Made by a program: the position numbers and the translations under genes. Below are positions 1 to 14,372 of a DNA stretch of 64,000 nucleotides, piece after piece; the first letter of the stretch is position 1; each line of letters begins with the position of its first letter. The DNA is taken from NCBI RefSeq assembly GCF_009914755.1, contig NC_060934.1. One strand, given 5' to 3'. Source of the stretch: the human T2T-CHM13v2.0 reference genome, Homo sapiens. The notes under the pieces were generated by a model. The model saw nothing but the letters and a program-made list of their open reading frames with translations, was not told where the DNA came from and ran no database searches.

Positions 1-378
1 GGGGAGTCCACAAGGCTGAAGGTAGACAGCAGTCCTGGTGAAGCACAGTCCCCACCTAGAAGGGACCTCTGCTGCTGTCAGCTCTCCCCCTCACTTTCAG
101 TGTCTCTTCACTTCTCTGGAGACACGTTTGCCTGGGGAGGGTCATCCAGGTCATCCTGCTTCTTATCCCCGAGGAAGCTAGGCTATCAGCTATGTCCCCC
201 CATGCTTGACCAGATGGGATGCTTCTTGAGTCAGGGACTTTGTTTCATCTTGGCCACCTCCTCCCTAGCACACGTTAGGTGACTGATAAAGTATCTGTGA
301 GATGAATGGAAACAAATACACATTAGAGTGTGTGTATTCTTCTTATTATTCCATTGGGGATTTTCCACTCCTTCCTAA

Positions 379-712
<334 letters not shown>

Positions 713-3409
713 TACAGATCCATTTTCAATGTGACAGAAATTTGTCAAGATATTGAAAAGATCAGAGTTCCAAACAAATGTGGCAAAGCTTCCAGAAAAG
801 CATTTGAAGGCCAAGTCCTACCTCTATTGAAAGGTACTTACAAAGCCTATGTGGGGCAGCACCCAGAGGTGCTGAAAAAGAGTGGCTGAGATTTGCTAAT
901 GACATTTCCTCAAGGGGAGAGGAAAGAGCCTCCACAGGGTCTCAAGTGTTCACAAGTCCGTCCCAAAGTAACCTTCTCTTTCTAGAAGAGACCTCCCAAA
1001 CAGGCTTTCTGTTACTCTAATAGATCCTGGTGATGTTTCACAAATGTGTTCTCCTGGGCTAACAATAACAGCCTAACACACTAATTGAATTATCAGTCTA
1101 AGTTTTTCCTTAAAAGAACAAGCTGGAGAACCTTGTCATTAGAGCCCCCAAACCGACAAACATTCCAGGTTATGACAGCTTCCATTCAGAAGGGAGAATA
1201 AGGCTGAGAAATATTTGACAACTCCCACAGGCAGAAAACCTCTCTGGGTGTGTTTAGAATAAACACCACACCTAGCAATCCTCAGCCACACATCTTTTTA
1301 TTCACGAGGCTTAGGGCAAAACTGTTTTTAATTTCATACATGAGTGCTCTTAGGGGATGCACCATCAGTGCAACATAGACTCCTTTGCAAACCTTCATAA
1401 CTACTTAATCTTTATAATTCTAAGGAGATCTATCTTCTTTAGTCAATTTAACATAAGGATCCTAAAGGTTAGGTTTATTACATCTCTTAGCAAGATAGAA
1501 ATAAATTGGAAACTAACTAGAGATGAGTATTACATGATTATTCCTGTCTTTAAAAATGACTCTTGGTTATCCCCAAACCATATAAAAAGCCTAGTTCCCC
1601 CTCCCAGATTTCAGTCAGATCAAGCAGCAGGAAGAGACAATGCTAGGCCTAGGAGATTAAAAACACAGTTTCAGCTGTGAGCAAGGACTCAACAGAAATG
1701 GCTCTCTGTAAATATAAACAATACTTGAAGCTTCCTTTCCAAAAACATTTGCCTCAGCTGACCCTGGGACATATTTCCCTGGCCTAGTTATAAAGACCAT
1801 AGTCTCAAGGGTAAAGCCACTAATCGTCTCTTCCAGCCAGCAGCTTTTCCTGGACTGGGATCTGTGTCTTTCTTGTCTTTTTCAAAAAAGCAATGACAGA
1901 CTCATCAGATTTAGGAAACCGAAATTGCTCACAGGCAAAAAAAAAAAAAAACCAAACAAACAAAAAAAAACAGTCACTAGCTAAACGTGCTGAGCTTTAC
2001 CAAGCCTCGCCTCATCTCAGGTCAGGAACTGGGTGGATCCCTGAAATATATATAGTCTTCATTCCCAAACAAACTCAACATTCATCCAGCTGTCAAAGAA
2101 ACAATGGTTTTGCAGGCCCTGCTTATCATGTTTCTGGATTTGCTAAGAAGGACCACTATGAAAAAAAGGAGGAAACATTCAAGCCTGCTCTCTCTCTGCC
2201 TCTAAACTATAACACCATCACAATGATTTTTTCTGTTAAGCTTTCATCTGTATGACAACAGAAAGTGCCAAAGGATCTAGGGTTTCAGTCTCATTGTAAA
2301 GCACCTTTAGTCTCCCAGGAATCTATTAAACAGAACTCAGTTTAATCACACTGACCTCCCCAACCAGAGCAATGTGAGGGACTAATTCATAATTGATAGA
2401 AAAAAGAGTTTCCAAAGACAAAACAAATATAGTGCCATATTCGATTCTTTTTAAACATATAGCACCAGGCAGACACAAGTTTCTGCTGTAAGCATTTTCA
2501 AAAAGATATGCCAAAGGTTCCCCACAGATCATTTTGAATGGAGGAGTCTTTTAGTCCTCAAAGAGTCCTTAAGTCTCTCTCTCTACTTAATTATAGCTAT
2601 CACGGAAGAGCTGGCTTCATGTGAAAAATATGGTCTTCGCTAAGCTTTAAAGTTTCTTTCCAAACATGCTGATAGAATCATCAGAAGTCCTAGGAGGTCA
2701 ATTTGGCTTTGAGCCGCCTCTAAATGATTAAGTGGGAAGAAGGTCAATCTTGCTGTCAGCCGACAGCTGGAGCGCTGCAACTGTTTAGAAGCAACCTTGG
2801 CAAAGAACAAAGCAGCCAGTCGTGACCCTTTCCACTTTGGTGTTTTCTGAAACGATATCCCTCATCTCCTCGTATGAAACCATGGGTCACTGGGCACATC
2901 AGGCTGTTGCCCAGAAGAGATAATTAGGAGCACAAACAAAACTGAGAAGCAGTGGTCATGCCCAGGAAGTCAGGATGTGACTCAGTATCTGTTCCACCAA
3001 AATCAAGAACTTATGTTACCTAGCAAGGGTGTTCACAGCAGCCTTGTTGGTGATGGCAAGAGATCAGAAAACATCTAAACAGTCCAGGAATGGACAGACT
3101 GGTCATATACATGATGGTACATGTGACAAAGACTGTAGGGGCCAACCTATATGTACGGCTAGGAAAGAATCTGTGAGACATACGTCAATGAAAAGTGTGG
3201 TGTCTCATAGTATACTACGCCATGCTACCATCTGTGTGAAACAGAAGGGGCTACAGTGACTTAGAGTACACACAAGCACAGACTATCTCCAGAATGATAT
3301 TCCAGACACTAGTACTGGTGCTTGTCTCAGGGGAAAGGGAGTGAGAGGGAGGATGGGAAAGAAACTGACCTTTACCTTTACACTTTGTGGGACAATTTGA
3401 ATTTTTAAA

Positions 3410-3690
3410 AATCATTCATTCCTTCAATCAGCAAATAATGAGTGAGAACCTGCTTTATGCCAGCCCCGTTCTAGGCCCTGGGTAGAGAGCAAAGAATAAG
3501 ACAGACAAGTCCTCTGCTCTCACAGAACTTAAATTCTGATGGAGGAATAGGCAAGCAAACAAATAAAGACCAGTGACGTCAGATACAAAAACAGGGTGTA
3601 AGGGTGAGGGGCCACGTGGCAATCAGAGCAGCTAGACGGCCAGGGAGGGCAAGGAGGGACATTTAAGCTGAGATCATTCCCTGGTGGGAT
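3410..3690. mobile_element. L2 3' fragment
   Basis: cattcattc...tatgccagc...ttctaggccctggg...aagacagacaagtcc, typical of the L2 3' end. Confidence 0.6.
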
Positions 3691-3863
3691 AAAGAAAGTA
3701 AATAAATGAGTCACGTTACAACAACAACAAACCTAAGAACTGCAATGAAAGGGAAAGCCTAAAATCAATGTCTCAAATAATTCTTAATTCCAAGCAATAC
3801 GTCAACACCAAGCAACAAAACAAGTTACCCAAATAAAACTAGGGGTAAAAACATGGAGATAAC

Positions 3864-4080
3864 TTTTTCTTTTTTTTTTGTTGGGACAAGGTCTCACTCC
3901 GGGTGACAGTCAGGGGTCAGGGTCACCCAGAGTGAGACCCTGTCTAATTTTTGTATTTTTAGTAGAGACAAGATTTCACCATTTTGGCTAGGCTGGTCTT
4001 GAACTCCTGGCCTCAAGTGATCTGCCCACCTTGACCTCCCAAAATGCTGGGATTACAGGCGTGAGCCACTGCGCCTGGCC
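3864..4080 (-). mobile_element. Alu with the right arm replaced by a short inverted duplication
   Basis: Poly-T tail, rearranged 3885-3944, intact left arm 3945-4080. Confidence 0.85.
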
Positions 4081-4458
4081 CCTCGTTACTTAATCTTATT
4101 ATACTTAATATTTGAGTAGAAAAAAATAATAATAGTCTAAGGTCCATAGTAGTAGGTTGTTAGTATTCATTGAGATGGATGTTTAATCTCAGCAGAAGCC
4201 AAGTGACAGGGAAGTAGATGAGAGGAGGTAATTATCCATCCAAGATGATTTATTCATCAGCAAAATGATTCGCGAACTTGAACCATGGTTTTTAATGACT
4301 TGCTCTGTCTTTTTCAGAATAAGATTAACCCATTGTGTTTTAGGAGTTTAAATAAAGACCAAGTTGTATTCAGACTCATTTGTAAGTAAAATTTCAAGGA
4401 ACACTTAAGTAATTTTTTATTCTTTAATTTTTTATTCCTCTTAGAAAAAGTTATCTTG

Positions 4459-4569
4459 GTTAGCCAGGCGTGATGGCACATGCCTGTGGTCCCAGTTACT
4501 TGTGAGGCCAAGGCAGGAGAAGCACCAGCCTGGGCGACAGAGTGAGACTCTGTCTCCGAAAAAAAAAAA
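4459..4569 (+). mobile_element. Alu right-arm fragment with internal deletion
   Basis: ttagccaggcgtg...ggcaggagaa|...cagcctgggcgacagagtgagactctgtctc followed by poly-A. Confidence 0.85.
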
Positions 4570-4793
4570 GATTAGGTAAGGAGGAAGAAGGGGCAGGTCC
4601 AGCCTTATGCCTCATTTCAAGTTCTTAGTAGTCAATGACCTTTCCAGAATAGAAATAATGTGTGACAGAACCATTCCCTCCGTTCCCTGGGTCAACTCTG
4701 TGAATCTTCATGCCACAGTCACTTTCACCCACACCTGCAGTTGCAGATCTGGGGCAGGGAACCAGAATTCTCACATGGGCATGCTGCACTCAC

Positions 4794-4965
4794 TTGGTCG
4801 GAGCAGGCACTGTGAATCACAGGCTGATTGGCAAGGGACAGCAAAGACTCCACCATTTCCAGCTCCTGCTGGTAAAAGCTCTGCACTCTGTTCTCCATGA
4901 GGAATTCTTTGGCTTTTTCACTCAGCAAACTCGTGAGACTGGGGAGGTCCAGGGCGCCTGGATTG
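4794..4965 (-). CDS. STN1: STN1 exon 7 (start of winged-helix region, codons 194-251)
   Basis: ccctccgcag|C AAT CCA... gives [57 protein letters not shown]; donor CAA|gtgagt; 172 nt. Cumulative CDS is 753 nt = 251 codons. Confidence 0.97.
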
Positions 4966-5899
4966 CTGCGGAGGGAAAGTTTTAAAGAGCTCTGCAGAAA
5001 ACCATCACCTTTGTTCCTTTTTGGTGTATAAAAACCAGAAAATTAGCTAGAAAATGCAACACTATATTGGAGTTTGTTTTTCATATACAGAGTAATATAT
5101 ACAGGGAACATCATGTGGTTGTTTAAAATGATGAGGCAGAACTACAGGAACTAAGATATTCATGACAGATTAGGAGAAAAAAGTCAAACTGCAGAACAGC
5201 ATGTAAGGTATGGTCCTATTTTTATATAAAAAAAATGGAAACCCACAAAATCTATGGGTGAATATTCATGCTTGTGTAAGCACAGAAGAAACTAATTTAA
5301 AAAGACACACATTGGCTTATGAACATTGGTAATCTCTGGGGAATGGTCCTGAGGCAGGAGACAGGAAAATGGAGAATTTCCACTTTTTATATGAGTCTAT
5401 AGTTGTGCTTTTAATATACTTTTTTGAATATATAATATATTCATGTTAAAAAACATTAAAGGATACACAGTAAAGTCTCCTTTCTGTCCCCTTCCTGTCC
5501 TATCCTCCGGTCCCCACCCCCGAGGGAGCTGCTGTTACCGGTTCTCTGTGTCTCCTCTCAGAGTTCTTTTATGCATATATTAGCAAATATGCACACATTC
5601 TCATTCCTCCTGGGTTTTCTCCCCTATAAAAAAGTAAAATCATCCCTGGTTGAGAATGACCGGTGCAGGTTTTTTTAAAACAGGTTTTTGATTATGACGT
5701 GCTATGGTATCATATTTTGATTATGAGGTGACTTGGTGCATTTTTCTTCAGGTTTCTTGCCTTGGGGTTCATTGAGCTTCCTGGATCTGTGAGTTTAAAG
5801 TTTTTATCAAACTTGGAAAAATGTCAGGCATTATTATTTCTTCCAAGTGTTTTTCTCTGCTCCTGCCTCCACTCCTCCTTCAGTGACTCCAATTACACC

Positions 5900-6060
5900 C
5901 ATAATTTCCTCACGACAACCCTAGGACATCTGTGCTATTATTCTCTTCATGTTACAGTTGAGGAAATTGAAGCATAGAGAGGGTTAGAGGGCTTGCCCAG
6001 AGCCCCACAGTGCATAGGTGGATGATTCGGGATTTGAACCTAGGCCGATCCCAGCATCTG
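5900..6060. mobile_element. MIR
   Basis: Core ttacagttgaggaaattgaagcatagagagg...cttgcccagag...ggatttgaacctagg. Confidence 0.7.
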
Positions 6061-6122
6061 GGCTCAGCTGCTTCAGTTTTCTGCCGTGGTCACGTGCTCA
6101 GCAGTGATAAGTCACCACTTAC

Positions 6123-6246
6123 CTTAGTGCCTCTTCTTTCTCTAGGGCTGAGCTGTGAAAAGGCTGGTCATAAACTTTCCTGTAGATAGTGGGCAGCTCA
6201 AGCATCCTTGCAATTTGAATGTTCCACACTGGGTCGTCCACTTTAT
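6123..6246 (-). CDS. STN1: STN1 exon 6 (codons 153-194)
   Basis: ttgttag|AT AAA GTG... gives YKVDDPVWNIQIARMLELPTIYRKVYDQPFHSSALEKEEAL; donor AG|gtaagt; 124 nt. Confidence 0.97.
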
Positions 6247-6648
6247 CTAACAAGTGACCAGAAAAAAGATGCTACAGAAATTACAAATTACATTGAGATC
6301 AATTCTTTCCCAGGCCCAAACTGCTGCTAAGACAACAGTAAATGAGGTGCTGGGTGGGCCTCCTTCCTTGTGAGTGCCCAGGGATCACAGTCTAGATGCA
6401 CTAAATGGCTCCCAGTCATCCTGCATGAGGGAATGCGATGCCCTAAGTGTCATGGGCTTGGCCAGGGCCAAGGAACCAGGAAAGCACATCAATGTATTGA
6501 TTCGTCTGCTCCTCTGGTGGACAGCAGGGGCTGTCCTTGAGATTTCCAACTGAAAACCAGCCAGCACGTGCAAAGGGAAGATGATGGGGAACTGTCATAT
6601 TTCTGATTAGCTGTTTTCATTTAAAGTTAATGGACTTAATGGTATTCA

Positions 6649-6961
<313 letters not shown>

Positions 6962-7307
6962 AAGAAATTTCCATTATTTTGAAGAATATTCATATTTTGC
7001 CCTAATGGATTGACATTCTGAACTTGAAAGTGCTTTGGAAACTCTACTATGTCATCCAAATAAACTTGCCAACCATATATAAAGTAAATAATTCATTTTC
7101 TTTCCCAACTTATAATTAGCTGTCTTCAAAATAAAAGTAAGAAATGCTGATTTTCTAAAGAAAGCATGTTAAACAATGTAATTCACTCATTAAATAGAGT
7201 TATACCTTAACTGAACTTTTTGAAAGTTTGACTTCCAGCTGAACAAGAGGTTTACTGGACGCACATCCAGAAAAACCACCAATTTGGTAGAAATATCTTG
7301 TGCTTAC

Positions 7308-7469
7308 AGTAAGCGGTGGCATGAATCTCTCGCTCTTCTCTGTATGTGCGGATACTGCCTCTGACTCGGATCGTGTCCCCGATCTCTATCTTTGTTTTCT
7401 GCTCAATGGTCTCTTGTAGCTTCTTAAGTTGTGAGGTTAAGCTGAGCTCTCTTGCTGCACTTGGAGCAG
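7308..7469 (-). CDS. STN1: STN1 exon 5 (codons 99-153)
   Basis: ctacag|CT GCT CCA... gives AAPSAARELSLTSQLKKLQETIEQKTKIEIGDTIRVRGSIRTYREEREIHATAY; donor T|gtaagc; 162 nt. Confidence 0.97.
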
Positions 7470-7936
7470 CTGTAGTTGTTTAGAGCCAGAGGGAAAGAGA
7501 AAAAGTTATAACACAATCACTCTACCACATCTGTGAGACAGTTTTAGGGTAAGACCAACACAATATGCTTATTTATTCTACTTCTGAGTAATTGTTCTAC
7601 TGTTGGAAATCCACATAACCTTTTGGAGTACTCCACTGAGAACAAGGTATAAACTGTAATTATTCAAGAGCGGGGTGAAAGGAACGGAGTCTAGACTGAG
7701 GTCCAGCGGGCAAGTTCCGACAGGCTCCAGGGCCTTCTTTCCTGCCCTGCATCACCAGTGCAGTCAAAGGGCTCTGCATGGCCTTGAGACAAATTCTGTA
7801 CAATGAGTTCAGCTGGGCGTGGCAGCAATAGCTTTAAACAACCTTTCAAATGTCCTTGCGAGGAGACTTGTCCCATCTGAGTGCTCAACATCCCAATTTC
7901 TCACCTCTCATCTCTGTTGGGAAACTAGGCTAATCT

Positions 7937-7937
7937 G

Positions 7938-7969
<32 letters not shown>

Positions 7970-7990
7970 TCTCTCTCTCTCTCTCTCACA
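7937..7990. repeat. Compound (CT)n(CA)n(CT)n microsatellite
   Basis: Directly visible. Confidence 0.95.
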
Positions 7991-8139
7991 CTTTCTCCAC
8001 TTTCTCTCTCTCATACCACTTAAAACTATAAACTCGAGCAACTTTATAATGAAAAAAACCCAATGTACACTCAATTCTAAATAACTTCTATCACTATTTT
8101 ACTTCCAAATTGTATTAGTTAAGTAAGAAGAATCATCAC

Positions 8140-8345
8140 GAATGTCTGGGTACTATAGATGCTGTTCTAAGGAGTTTACAATGTACTAGCACATTTAGTC
8201 CTCACAACCACTCCTGCTCATTATTAGTCCCATTTTAGAGAGGAAACTGAGTCACAGAGAGGTCAAGCAACTTGCCCAAAGTAGAACAGCTAGTTAGAGA
8301 CAAGGCTGGAGTTTGAACCCAGGCAGTCTCTAGCTCCAGAGCCAT
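8140..8345. mobile_element. MIR
   Basis: cccattttagagaggaaactgagtcacagagaggtcaagcaacttgcccaaag...tttgaacccaggcagtct. Confidence 0.8.
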
Positions 8346-8509
8346 CCCACTTATCCTTTATTCTCTGCTGCCTGCCCCAGGAAGATACTCACATTTCCCA
8401 GTTACGGCTGGTGGGTGTAAAAGACTATGTATTCTGTTTTCCTGTCTAGCATAATTTCAAATACACATACGTATCCAAAGAAGCTACACAGCCAAGCATT
8501 TTATGTTTA

Positions 8510-8610
8510 TTAGAGACAGGGTCTCACTATGTTGCCCAGGCTGGAATTGAACTCCTGGCCTCAAGCAATCCTCCCACCTCAGTCTCTTGAGTAGCTGGGA
8601 TTATAGGTAC
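8510..8610 (-). mobile_element. Alu monomer fragment (FLAM-like)
   Basis: tagagacagggtctcactatgttgcccaggctgg...ctcaagcaatcctcccacctcag. Confidence 0.8.
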
Positions 8611-10319
8611 AGTTTTATAAATTTTTACTTTCGTTTTTTTCACTAGCACTGTATGGGGGCAGTATAGCTCAGCCATCGGCATTTTGGCTACTGGAGTCAG
8701 AAAGACCTGACGTGAATCTCAGTTTACCTCCTACTAGCTGTGTAATCTTGGGCAGGCTGCTTAACCTGCTTAACCTCACTGTGCCTGTTTCCTTTCTACA
8801 CTTACGCTTCGGTTTCCTCAATTATGAAATGGATATAACAGTAGAGTCTACCTCATACATAGAGTTGTTGTGCATTATCTAATTGAACACTTACATTCTG
8901 CACTTAGCACAATTCCATATTTATAGGAAATAATAAATGTAAGCTATTTGTGATAATGAATAATTAAACCTTCCAGAAAAAGTATCTTGTTTTTTGGGGG
9001 TCTTTCTTTGGAGATTATTACTGGATAAAAAATTACAAACTGGTTTACAGTTCATTACATATTGTCAGAATGCTTGCCAGAAAAAAATGATCAAATCTCT
9101 CTGTTTTTAGACAACATTGTCAGTAATGCATGCAGGCTCACAACTCCTACACCAGCTTCAGTCATTTGGATTTTTAATACCTTAAAAAATACATAATTAT
9201 TCCGTACATCTTATTTTGCTTTTAAATTGCAGGAGAGGCTGTGTTTTTACACAAGATGATCTACTCTCTGTATTTCTTTATAGAGAAACCCTTCATCAAA
9301 ATCAACCTAATATAATTTTGACAACTGTGGCTCTGTAATGTACAGAGGCATTAATTTTCCTTGAACACACCTACTATACCCAGGGAAACAGCAACATAGG
9401 GAGCACAGAGAACTCTGTGCATTCAGTGAGTCCAGGTAGGAACCTGGACGCAATCAGCATTACCGCTGCTCAGAGCTTACTGGGTTTCTTCAAAAAATCC
9501 CCAACTGCTACTTTTTCAAAAGTAGCAGTTCCTATCCCCAGGCCCTCTTCTACTTAGGCTGAATTTTAAAGGTATTTATAAATCTCATTGTCATTATGCA
9601 GACATTATAGGTGATAATAAATGCTTCACATAGCACCACTGAAATGATCAGACTGATGGTTGGTCTGAGAAAAAGAGGCCCACCTTTCACTTAAAGGGTG
9701 AGCCAAGTTGCCAAAAGGAGGCTCAAGCTGTGTAATTAAATGAATATAATGAGAAGACTGGAGCCTGACAGAACTTCACTTTCAGTGTCTATTCCATCAT
9801 GAAAGATAAATCCCCTTTAACATTCGAATACTCAGGGCCAGGAAATCTTAACTTTGCTCATAAGCTAAGTCCAAATGGTACATTCAATGTGACATTTATG
9901 AAAGCTAATATTATATTCTTTTACTTTAACTGAGTGGAACATGATTTTGACTCAGACTAAATTTTGTTTAAAAAATTAGTCTTTGCTGGCCACCTTCCAA
10001 TGGAAAGCTTTTAAACTAAGGGCAATTAAATTAAAAGGAGAGAATGGGCTAGTTGGGAACAATTTAAAGACGATGAGAATCATTTTTAGGTTTTCTCCTT
10101 CTACTCTTACCTTCTCGTTATATTTGCAAAGCAATCTTAAGGCTACCTACTGTGATTGTTCATCCATTCATCTACTTATTGATATTTTAAAAATCTGACT
10201 CTCAGTATTAATACCCATTTTGTTGATCTAAAAAATTACGAAGTATAAGAATTATATATTCCTGATGATGCTATTTCTTTAAAAAGAGTTAATTTTGAAA
10301 ACTGAAACAATGACTAAAA

Positions 10320-10533
10320 CAGGGGTCTGCAAACTATAGCCCATGGACCAAATCCATCCACAGCCTGTTTTTTAAAATAAAGTTTTATTGGAACACAGCC
10401 ATGCCCATTTGCTTATGTACTACCTATGGTTACTTTCTGTTATAATGGCAGCGTTGAATAGTTGAGACACACAGACCGTAGGGTGCACAAACAGAAAATA
10501 TGGCCCTTTACAGAAAAACTTTGCTGACTCCCC
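10320..10533. mobile_element. MER58A-like hAT-Charlie DNA transposon
   Basis: caggggtctgcaaacta...aataaagttttattggaacacagccatgccc...ggccctttacagaaaaactttgctgactcc. Confidence 0.75.
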
Positions 10534-10618
10534 ATCTAGAACAAGTACGCATATTCAAACTACACCTTCTGACTGAAGATTGTGACAACAACCAAAAATC
10601 TGCAAATGATTTTAATAC

Positions 10619-11023
10619 TGCTACAGTTTGACAAAAACAAGTTTCAATGTTTTTGTCCCCTCAAAATCTCATGTGTTAGAAATTTAACCCCCAATGCAAC
10701 AGTGTTAGAAGATGGGGTCTAATGGGAGGTGTTTAGGTTATGAGAGCTCCACTCTCATGAATGAATTAAGGCCACTATAAAATGGGTTTGCAGAAGTGGT
10801 TCTCATTCTCACGCTCTTCTGCCATGTGAGGAACAGTTCTCCTCCCCTCTGGAGGATGAAGCATTCAAGGTGCCATCTTGGAGGGGAAACCCGGACCTCA
10901 CCAGACACCAAAACTTTGATCTTGGAATTTCTGGCCTCCAGAACTATGAGAAATAAATTTCTTTCTTTATAAAATTACCCAGTCTTAGGTATTCTGTAAC
11001 AGCAGCACAAAACAGATTAAGAA
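10619..11023 (+). mobile_element. MaLR solo LTR (MST family)
   Basis: tgctacagtttga...ttaacccccaatgcaacagtg...gcctccagaactatgagaaataaatttc...acagcagcacaaaacagattaaga. Confidence 0.8.
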
Positions 11024-11575
11024 AAACACCTCAGACATACATAAAAATCCAGATACCTGATTGTCTCATAGGTTTATTTCTTGCCTATGAGGTATCTGCC
11101 TAAAAACACGTTGTCTCCCTTAAATCTATCTACAAACCTTCCTCACCAAAGCAATGCCATTGATTTAGATGTTCCCAAATTAGGAATTAGAATTCCAAAG
11201 TTACATGAAACTGATGGCCAAATTCTAAATGTAAATACATCAGAAAATTAAGCAAATGAGCATTCCATTGATCGGTATAGTCAAAGTACAAAGTTGAGAT
11301 TCTGACACGTAATGGCAAAAAAGAAGAAACGACTCTAAGCACTAGATATTCTTACCATACATAATGCAAGTAGATAGATACTAGATGTTAGATATTAGAG
11401 CAGGCAGTGTTTACTGAATAACCCCACTGTGTATGGCACTATACTGTATATGTTGTAAAACACAGGAAAAACAAGGTTCCAGTTTTCAAAGCTTCTCTAG
11501 AACCAAAAACCATCACCAATATTGCACGATATTCTTTCATATTATGAACTTAAATTAAAAAATATCTAAAAATTA

Positions 11576-11706
11576 GGCCGGGTGTGGTGGCTCAAGCCTG
11601 TAATCCTAACACTTTGGGAGGCTGAGGCAGGAGGATCACTTGTGTCCAGGAGTTTGAGACCAGCCCTGGAAACATAGTGAGAACCTAACTTTAAAAAAAA
11701 AAAAAA
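11576..11706 (+). mobile_element. Alu monomer (FLAM-like)
   Basis: Left-arm sequence with poly-A; TSD tatctaaaaatta. Confidence 0.88.
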
Positions 11707-12332
11707 GTATCTAAAAATTATTAAAATATATTCAAGCAACTCCAAATGTTGTTTCAGTTATAGTCAATGTATTCACTATACAATTTTAAAGTTCTTTTAA
11801 TTTATATTACTTAATGGATAATTTCCAAAGGAATCCTATCTTACCTTCTCAGTCTTAGAATTCCTGGTATTATTTGTTTGAACACAGAGATTTTAGAAAA
11901 TCTGGACCATGGCAGCACAGAAGTTAGTGGCAACCATGTGAGTGAAACAGTCTTCAAAATGTTCTTTGGTCAAGTGATATGGCTGGGACAAGGGGATTCA
12001 GACCTGACTTGCAATTAGGCTAAGACACCTTGACTTATGTAATAATGGGCATGGTAAAAATGAATTGCTGAAACTCCCTGTAACCTATTCACATTCTTGT
12101 AGGCTTAGGAAGCAGTGAGCACCAAAGAGATGGGAGAAAGAAAAGCAACTGGCTCTCCTATGGCATCAGTTTTCAGAGCAGCCAAAGCTCTGGGTATAGT
12201 GCTTCAGGTAGATCAATGTAACTCACCAGCAGATAAATGTGAAAATTTAGCCCTATAGCTGTTTTGATGAACTACATTGAGTAAAATCCATTAGTTAGGT
12301 GAAAAGTAAAGGAATGTGGCAAATAAAATTAC

Positions 12333-12398
12333 CTGATACAGACTCAGTATTCAACTTTTTCCAGCAGATGCAGTTTATAACTCCAGTGCTGTCATCCA
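12333..12398 (-). CDS. STN1: STN1 exon 4 (codons 77-99)
   Basis: ttctcttgcag|TG GAT GAC AGC... gives VDDSTGVINCICWKKLNTESVS, containing the OB-fold DDSTG motif; donor G|gtaatt; 66 nt. Confidence 0.97.
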
Positions 12399-13549
12399 CT
12401 GCAAGAGAAAAGCAAAAGGGTATAAGAGAGATTTGGGCAAGGCTGGTGAATTAGCATGCTGTCATTGCATTCAGCCATACTGAAAGATGACCTCTTTCAA
12501 TAGCCTGGAGAAGCAAATCCCTTATCAAACTCTCCTTCCACCTTTGAAACAACCTCTCACTACATACGAGTATAAACTGCTTGTCTGCACAAGTCAATGT
12601 AATACACAAGCCCAGTGGGATATGGTCAGCATTTCACTTATCCTACCTCAAGGTACTAACGATTAGTACCCTCAAGGGTACCCTCATGATGCTGGTCTAC
12701 ACCTCTCTACTAAAAATGGTGGCCTTGGGAAGTTAAGTGCAAAAACTGAATGACTGCTCACATAGAAAATCAGCCTTTCTCTCCCACCCTGAAACAAGAG
12801 AGCATCGTGTGGAGTGTGGTTAGAGGCACAGGCACTTAGGGCGCAGCCTTCTGTCACAGTCTCTTTGCTAGTGTGCTGACTTCCCAAGACAAAGTGTTCC
12901 AAGTCATCTGGCCTGGGTTTCTCTTTGTGAAAGATCTTTTGCCCAGTCCTCACCACCGCAGGGGCTGTAAGGAAAGCCAAGCACATCACAGAAGGGCACC
13001 GTTTTATTTTCATTATAGAAAATAATTATATCCTGGCCACAAAAACAGTACTAGTCTGGCTTATGTTATTCCTGGCTTATCTCATTTTTGCAAAAAATCA
13101 AACAATTCCCATTGCAGTTATATTTACAACTACAGAGGAATTTGGAGATGTTTGCTAGGGAATAACAGGCATTTTCTCTTTGCCTAATTTCCGACAAACT
13201 CAGAACAGAGGTTGCTAAGCATGGGGTCAGTGGGTCTCTAAATTTAAAAAAAAATCATCAACTAGACTGTTGTAAAAGCACACACAATCCTGAAGAAATC
13301 TAAGGCAAAATTTGTTACTGCTGGCCTAAATCTATGCTGAAGAAAAAGCCAAAAAGAGTACTTCCTATACTAAAATAAATCCTAGATGGGTTTCATTTTA
13401 TTAAATATAAAAAAGGTAAACTTAAGATGAGAAGAAGATATGGGTGAATACCTTTAACCCTGGACTTACAGTGGGTGGGGTGAGACTTCTTTAAGCAGAA
13501 TCTTAAAATCAGAACTCATTAAAGAAAGTCTGATAAGTCTAACCACCTA

Positions 13550-14006
<457 letters not shown>

Positions 14007-14218
14007 CTAAAAATGGCCAATAAAAATACATCAGTATAAGTTCACTAGTTACCATTAAGAAAAGCAAGTATACATAATTTATCAACAATGAAATTGACAA
14101 ATATTAAAAATACTGATACCCTCATATGTCGATAGTGGGAGTATAAATTAGTAACACATTTCTAAAATTTAAATCTTAATGAGCAAGTTTGTAAACAGGC
14201 ATCGGATTGTGAAATGTA

Positions 14219-14372
14219 AGCCAGGTGCAGTGGCACATGCCTGCTACTTGGGGGGCTGAGGCAGGATTGCTTGAGTCCAAGAGTTTGGGGCTGCAGTGTG
14301 CTATGATTGTGCCTGTGATAGCCACTGCACTCCAGCCTGGGCAACACAGTGAGACCCTGCCTCTTAAAAAAA
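14219..14372 (+). mobile_element. Alu monomer (FRAM/FAM-like)
   Basis: Single arm ending gagaccctgcctctt followed by poly-A. Confidence 0.8.

Noticed and set aside
12667-12682. Small hairpin gtaccct-ca-agggtac
   Set aside because: A 7-bp stem is expected by chance in 64 kb.
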